DNA of 53,323 nucleotides, taken from positions 129,923,775 through 129,977,097 of the forward strand of contig NC_068981.1 in the NCBI RefSeq assembly GCF_001194135.2, given 5' to 3'. This document shows positions 49,956-53,323 of the stretch, piece by piece. The position numbers were made by a program, and so were the translations under genes. The stretch is from Octopus bimaculoides (taxonomy: Eukaryota). Positions within the stretch are counted from its first letter, which is position 1, and each line of letters opens with the position of its first letter. The notes beneath the pieces were generated by a model, which was not told the DNA's origin, made no database searches, and was given only the letters and a program-made list of their open reading frames with translations.

Positions 49956-50365
49956 ACTTGCTAGATCAACTAGTTATTAAAAACAAAGCTCAATATTTCT
50001 CTAGCCATTACTCATCGTCTCTTTTTAACCAAATCCAGTGGCTAGCCTTCTCCACTGTATTTTGGATATCGGTCATGGTGGTATTTACCTTACGATGAGT
50101 TAGGCCTAACGATAACAGCAGTCGTCTCACACTGTGTCCTACAGACCCTCTACATCCAATTTATACTGATTTACTGGATATATTATTATTATTTTGTTCT
50201 TGTGTGTTTGTTTTGTTGGCATATGCATTTCATGTGACCTGGAAATTTGCAAGCCTACTTATAAGCCTGCAAGGAGTGGCATGCACATACTGCAAACTTC
50301 CTTGAATGAACAAAAGAAAGATAAAGAAAAAGGACAGGCTACTTTCCTTCCAGCACTAGTTATTT

Positions 50366-50749
50366 TGTTGGCACTCCGTCGCTTACGACGACAAGGGTTC
50401 CAGTTGATCTGATCAACGGAACAGCCTCCTCGTGAAATTAATGTATAAGTGGCTAAGCACTCCACAGACACGTGTACCCTTAACGTAGTTCTCGGGGATA
50501 TTCAGCGTGACACAAAGTGTGACAAGGCTGGCCCTTTGAATTACAGGCACAACAGAAACAGGAAGAAAGAGTGAGAGAAATTTGTGGTGAAAGAGTACAG
50601 CAGCGTTCGCCACCATCCCCTGCTGGAGCCATGTGGAGCTTTAGGTGTTTTCGCTCAATAAACACTCACAACGCCCGGTCTGGGAATCGAAACCGCGATC
50701 CTATGACCGTGAGTCCGCTGCCCTAACCATTGGACCATTACGCCTCCAC
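50366..50749 (-). mobile_element. SINE family C with well-preserved tRNA-like head
   Basis: On -: gtggaggcgtaatggtccaatggttagggcagcgg...ggtttcgattcccagacc (A and B boxes), continuing directly into the SINE body. Confidence 0.9.
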
Positions 50750-51171
50750 TATTGTTTTTGTTATATATTGTAACCATTTAAAAGTTTAATTCACTTTATT
50801 TCATACTTAAAGTTCCTATTTTCAAAAATATTTTGAACTATTTCATTCAGCATGATTATACACTTAAGAAGTTTACTTTGCAAACATATGACTTCAGGTT
50901 CAGTCTCACTACCCCAGTACCTTGGACCAAGCAATACCTTGTGAGTGAATTTGGAAGAAAGAAACTGTGCAGAAGCCTATCACATTTGTGTGTGTGTGTG
51001 ATGCAAAAAAAAAACAGTATTGGTTTGTTTTCATCCCCATAACTTAGCAGTTCAATAAAAAGGGTTTGATAGAATGTACCAGAGTTGGATCTGATCTTTA
51101 AGGAAATGCTCAAAGCCCCCAGTCCAATGTCAAGAGAATAAAGGAATAATTAAGACCTACTGAATACCTAT

Positions 51172-51497
51172 AAAAACTGGCATTCCATCGCTTATGACGA
51201 TGAGGGTTCCAGTTGATCCGATCAATGGAACAGCTTGCTCGTGAGATTAACGCGCAAGTGGCAGAGCACTCCACAGACATGCGTACCCATTCACATACTT
51301 CTCAGGGAGATTCAGCATGACAGAGTATGACAAGGTTGGCCCCTTGAAATACAGATACTACTCATTTTTGCCAGTTGAGTGGACTGGAACACTTTGAAAT
51401 AAAGTGTCTTACTCGAGGACACAACACACTGCCAGGAATTGAACTCATGACCCTATGATCACAAGCCAAATACCCTAACCACTAAACTACGCACCTT
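51172..51497 (-). mobile_element. SINE family C
   Basis: Body as 22220 and 26234. Confidence 0.85.
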
Positions 51498-51662
51498 GAC
51501 TTATAGAATAATTCCATTAAATACATTTATTTTCTGTTTGTTTCATTGCTTCGAACAACAGTTTAACAAGTTCCGTCTAGAACACTAGAGTCAATATTTT
51601 AAATATCTTTATTGACTTCACTGTAAGACAAAGTAGTCTTTAGCAAAACTTGTTCTTAGAGA

Positions 51663-52074
51663 TTCTTTTTCTTTTATTCTTTTGTTTCAGTCATTTGACT
51701 GTGGCCATGCTGGAGCACTGCCTTTAGTCGAGCAAACTGATGCCAGGACTTATTCTTTGTAAGCCTAGTACTTATTCTATCGGTCTCTCTTATTGAACCA
51801 CTAAGTTACGGGGACGTAAACACACCAGCATCAGTTGTCAAGCGATGTTGGGGGGGGGGGGGACAAACACAGACACACAAACATATACATATATGTATAT
51901 ACATATATATACAATGGGCTTCTTTCAGTTTCCGTCTACCAAATCCACTCACAAGGCTTTGGTCAGCCTAAGACTATAGTGGAAGACACTTGCCCAAGGT
52001 GCCACGCAGTGGGACTGAACCTGGAACCATGTGGTCGGTAAGCGAGCTACTTACCACACAGCCACTCCTGCGCC
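51663..52074 (-). mobile_element. SINE family A, young
   Basis: Near-identical to 44662-45042. Confidence 0.92.
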
Positions 52075-52183
52075 ATTCTGGACAAGATGCTTTAATATAT
52101 CAAATCCAATCTTTTGTCTCATCTTCACCCTAATCAACTCCTCTGTCCTACTATTGCTTAAGTATGAGGAGTACAGTTCTTTG

Positions 52184-52572
52184 TCTTTTATCTTTTACTT
52201 ATTTCACTCATTGGACTGTGGCCATGCTGGGGGCATTGCTTTGAAGTGCTTAGTCAAACAAATCAAGCCCAATACTTATTTTCTATTTTTAAGCCGAATA
52301 CTTATTTTATTGATCTCTTTTGCCAAACTGCTAAATTAACAGGGATGTAAACAAACCATCACTAGTTGTCACGTGGTTGTGAGGGAACAGACAACACAAA
52401 GACACACACACATATATATATCTCTGACAGACTTCATTTCAGTCAACCATATCTACTCCAGGTCAGCCTGGAGCTATAGTAGAAGACACTTATCCAACGT
52501 ACTGAGCAGTTTGACTGAACTGAAGATCACATGGTTGGGAAGCAAGCTTCTTAACCATATATAGCCATGCCA
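52184..52572 (-). mobile_element. SINE family A, older
   Basis: Same architecture, more diverged; tandem with the previous copy. Confidence 0.8.
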
Positions 52573-53262
52573 GCACATGTGGAAACAGTCAGCACAATTT
52601 CCATTTTTGATACTGTACACAAATTTAATAAGCATATATAACACTATTCTTAGCCACCTACAAGCATGTAAACACACTGCAACAATACTGTCTTAAAATG
52701 CCTGTCTTCCACACTTAGTAATATGGATATTTCTACATCAGGTTAAAATATTTTGTATGTTGACAAACATGTATTGGTAACAGCTGTGACAAGAGCTTTT
52801 GATCTCATAAGAAATAAACAGCTAACAACCTTTGCATAAGAATGCACAATAAGTTATTAACTCAGCTGAAAAACGAAATATGAATCAATGTATAGAACTA
52901 ATAGATTAGTTTTTAGTGTTTGACAAGTTACTCCTGTATTACATGTATGCTTGGGTAGACCCAACTGAAATTATTGTACAATGACTACTGTATTTCAGAA
53001 AGCATTCACAAGTAGGACAAACACCATCATCATTTTAACATCCCCTTTTCTATACTTGCATGGGTCAGGTGGAATTTGTTGAGACAGAGTTTTTTATGGA
53101 AGGATGCCTTTCCTGTTACCAACCTTCACCTGTTTCCAAGTAAGGTAATATTTTCCCATGGCAGGACATATTTTCACAGAAGATGTGAATGAAGGATGCT
53201 GTGTGCATGATGGTGACACTTATTTACAACTATTGCATGATGCCAAGACAAGGAGACATACA

Positions 53263-53267
53263 CACAT

Positions 53268-53323
<56 letters not shown>
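53263..53323. repeat. (CA)n microsatellite
   Basis: Direct reading. Confidence 0.97.

Noticed and set aside
49748-50098. 116-aa ORF
   Set aside because: Crosses a hAT-like end and the 38-bp tandem; no splice or homology support.
50650-50749. tRNA gene
   Set aside because: It has A and B boxes but no clean acceptor stem or poly-T terminator, and runs straight into a SINE body present in several copies. It is a SINE head.

Overview
AT-rich eukaryotic (animal) scaffold with five N-gaps. The SINE/RTE repeat content looks like a coleoid cephalopod, probably Octopus; this is an inference from recognising the repeats, not a search result. Two convergent protein-coding genes are supported by spliced, phase-consistent exons. 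On + are the last two coding exons of a rabphilin-3A/DOC2-type C2B domain (578-674, 2250-2371). On - are five coding exons of PRELID3/SLMO2 (39190 down to 30839); I could not find its short first coding exon. The rest is introns, UTRs and a ~28 kb intergenic stretch packed with at least three tRNA-derived SINE families, RTE LINE 3' ends, an R4/Dong-type fossil, a mariner fossil, and mariner-, piggyBac-, hAT- and pogo-type MITEs. Nearly all other ORFs in the track are repeat, microsatellite or gap noise. No rRNA, true tRNA or CRISPR was seen. I found no demonstrable new biological system. The best leads are fold-back structures in and downstream of the neural gene (an intronic hairpin, a miRNA-like hairpin, an 814-bp palindrome with an identity gradient), orphan splice sites suggesting a spliced 3'UTR or alternative last exon, a GTCATGTGAC motif cluster, a decayed 24-bp array and hammerhead-like relics. 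Several exact short duplications are probably assembly artefacts. Repeat boundaries are approximate (about 10-20 bp).
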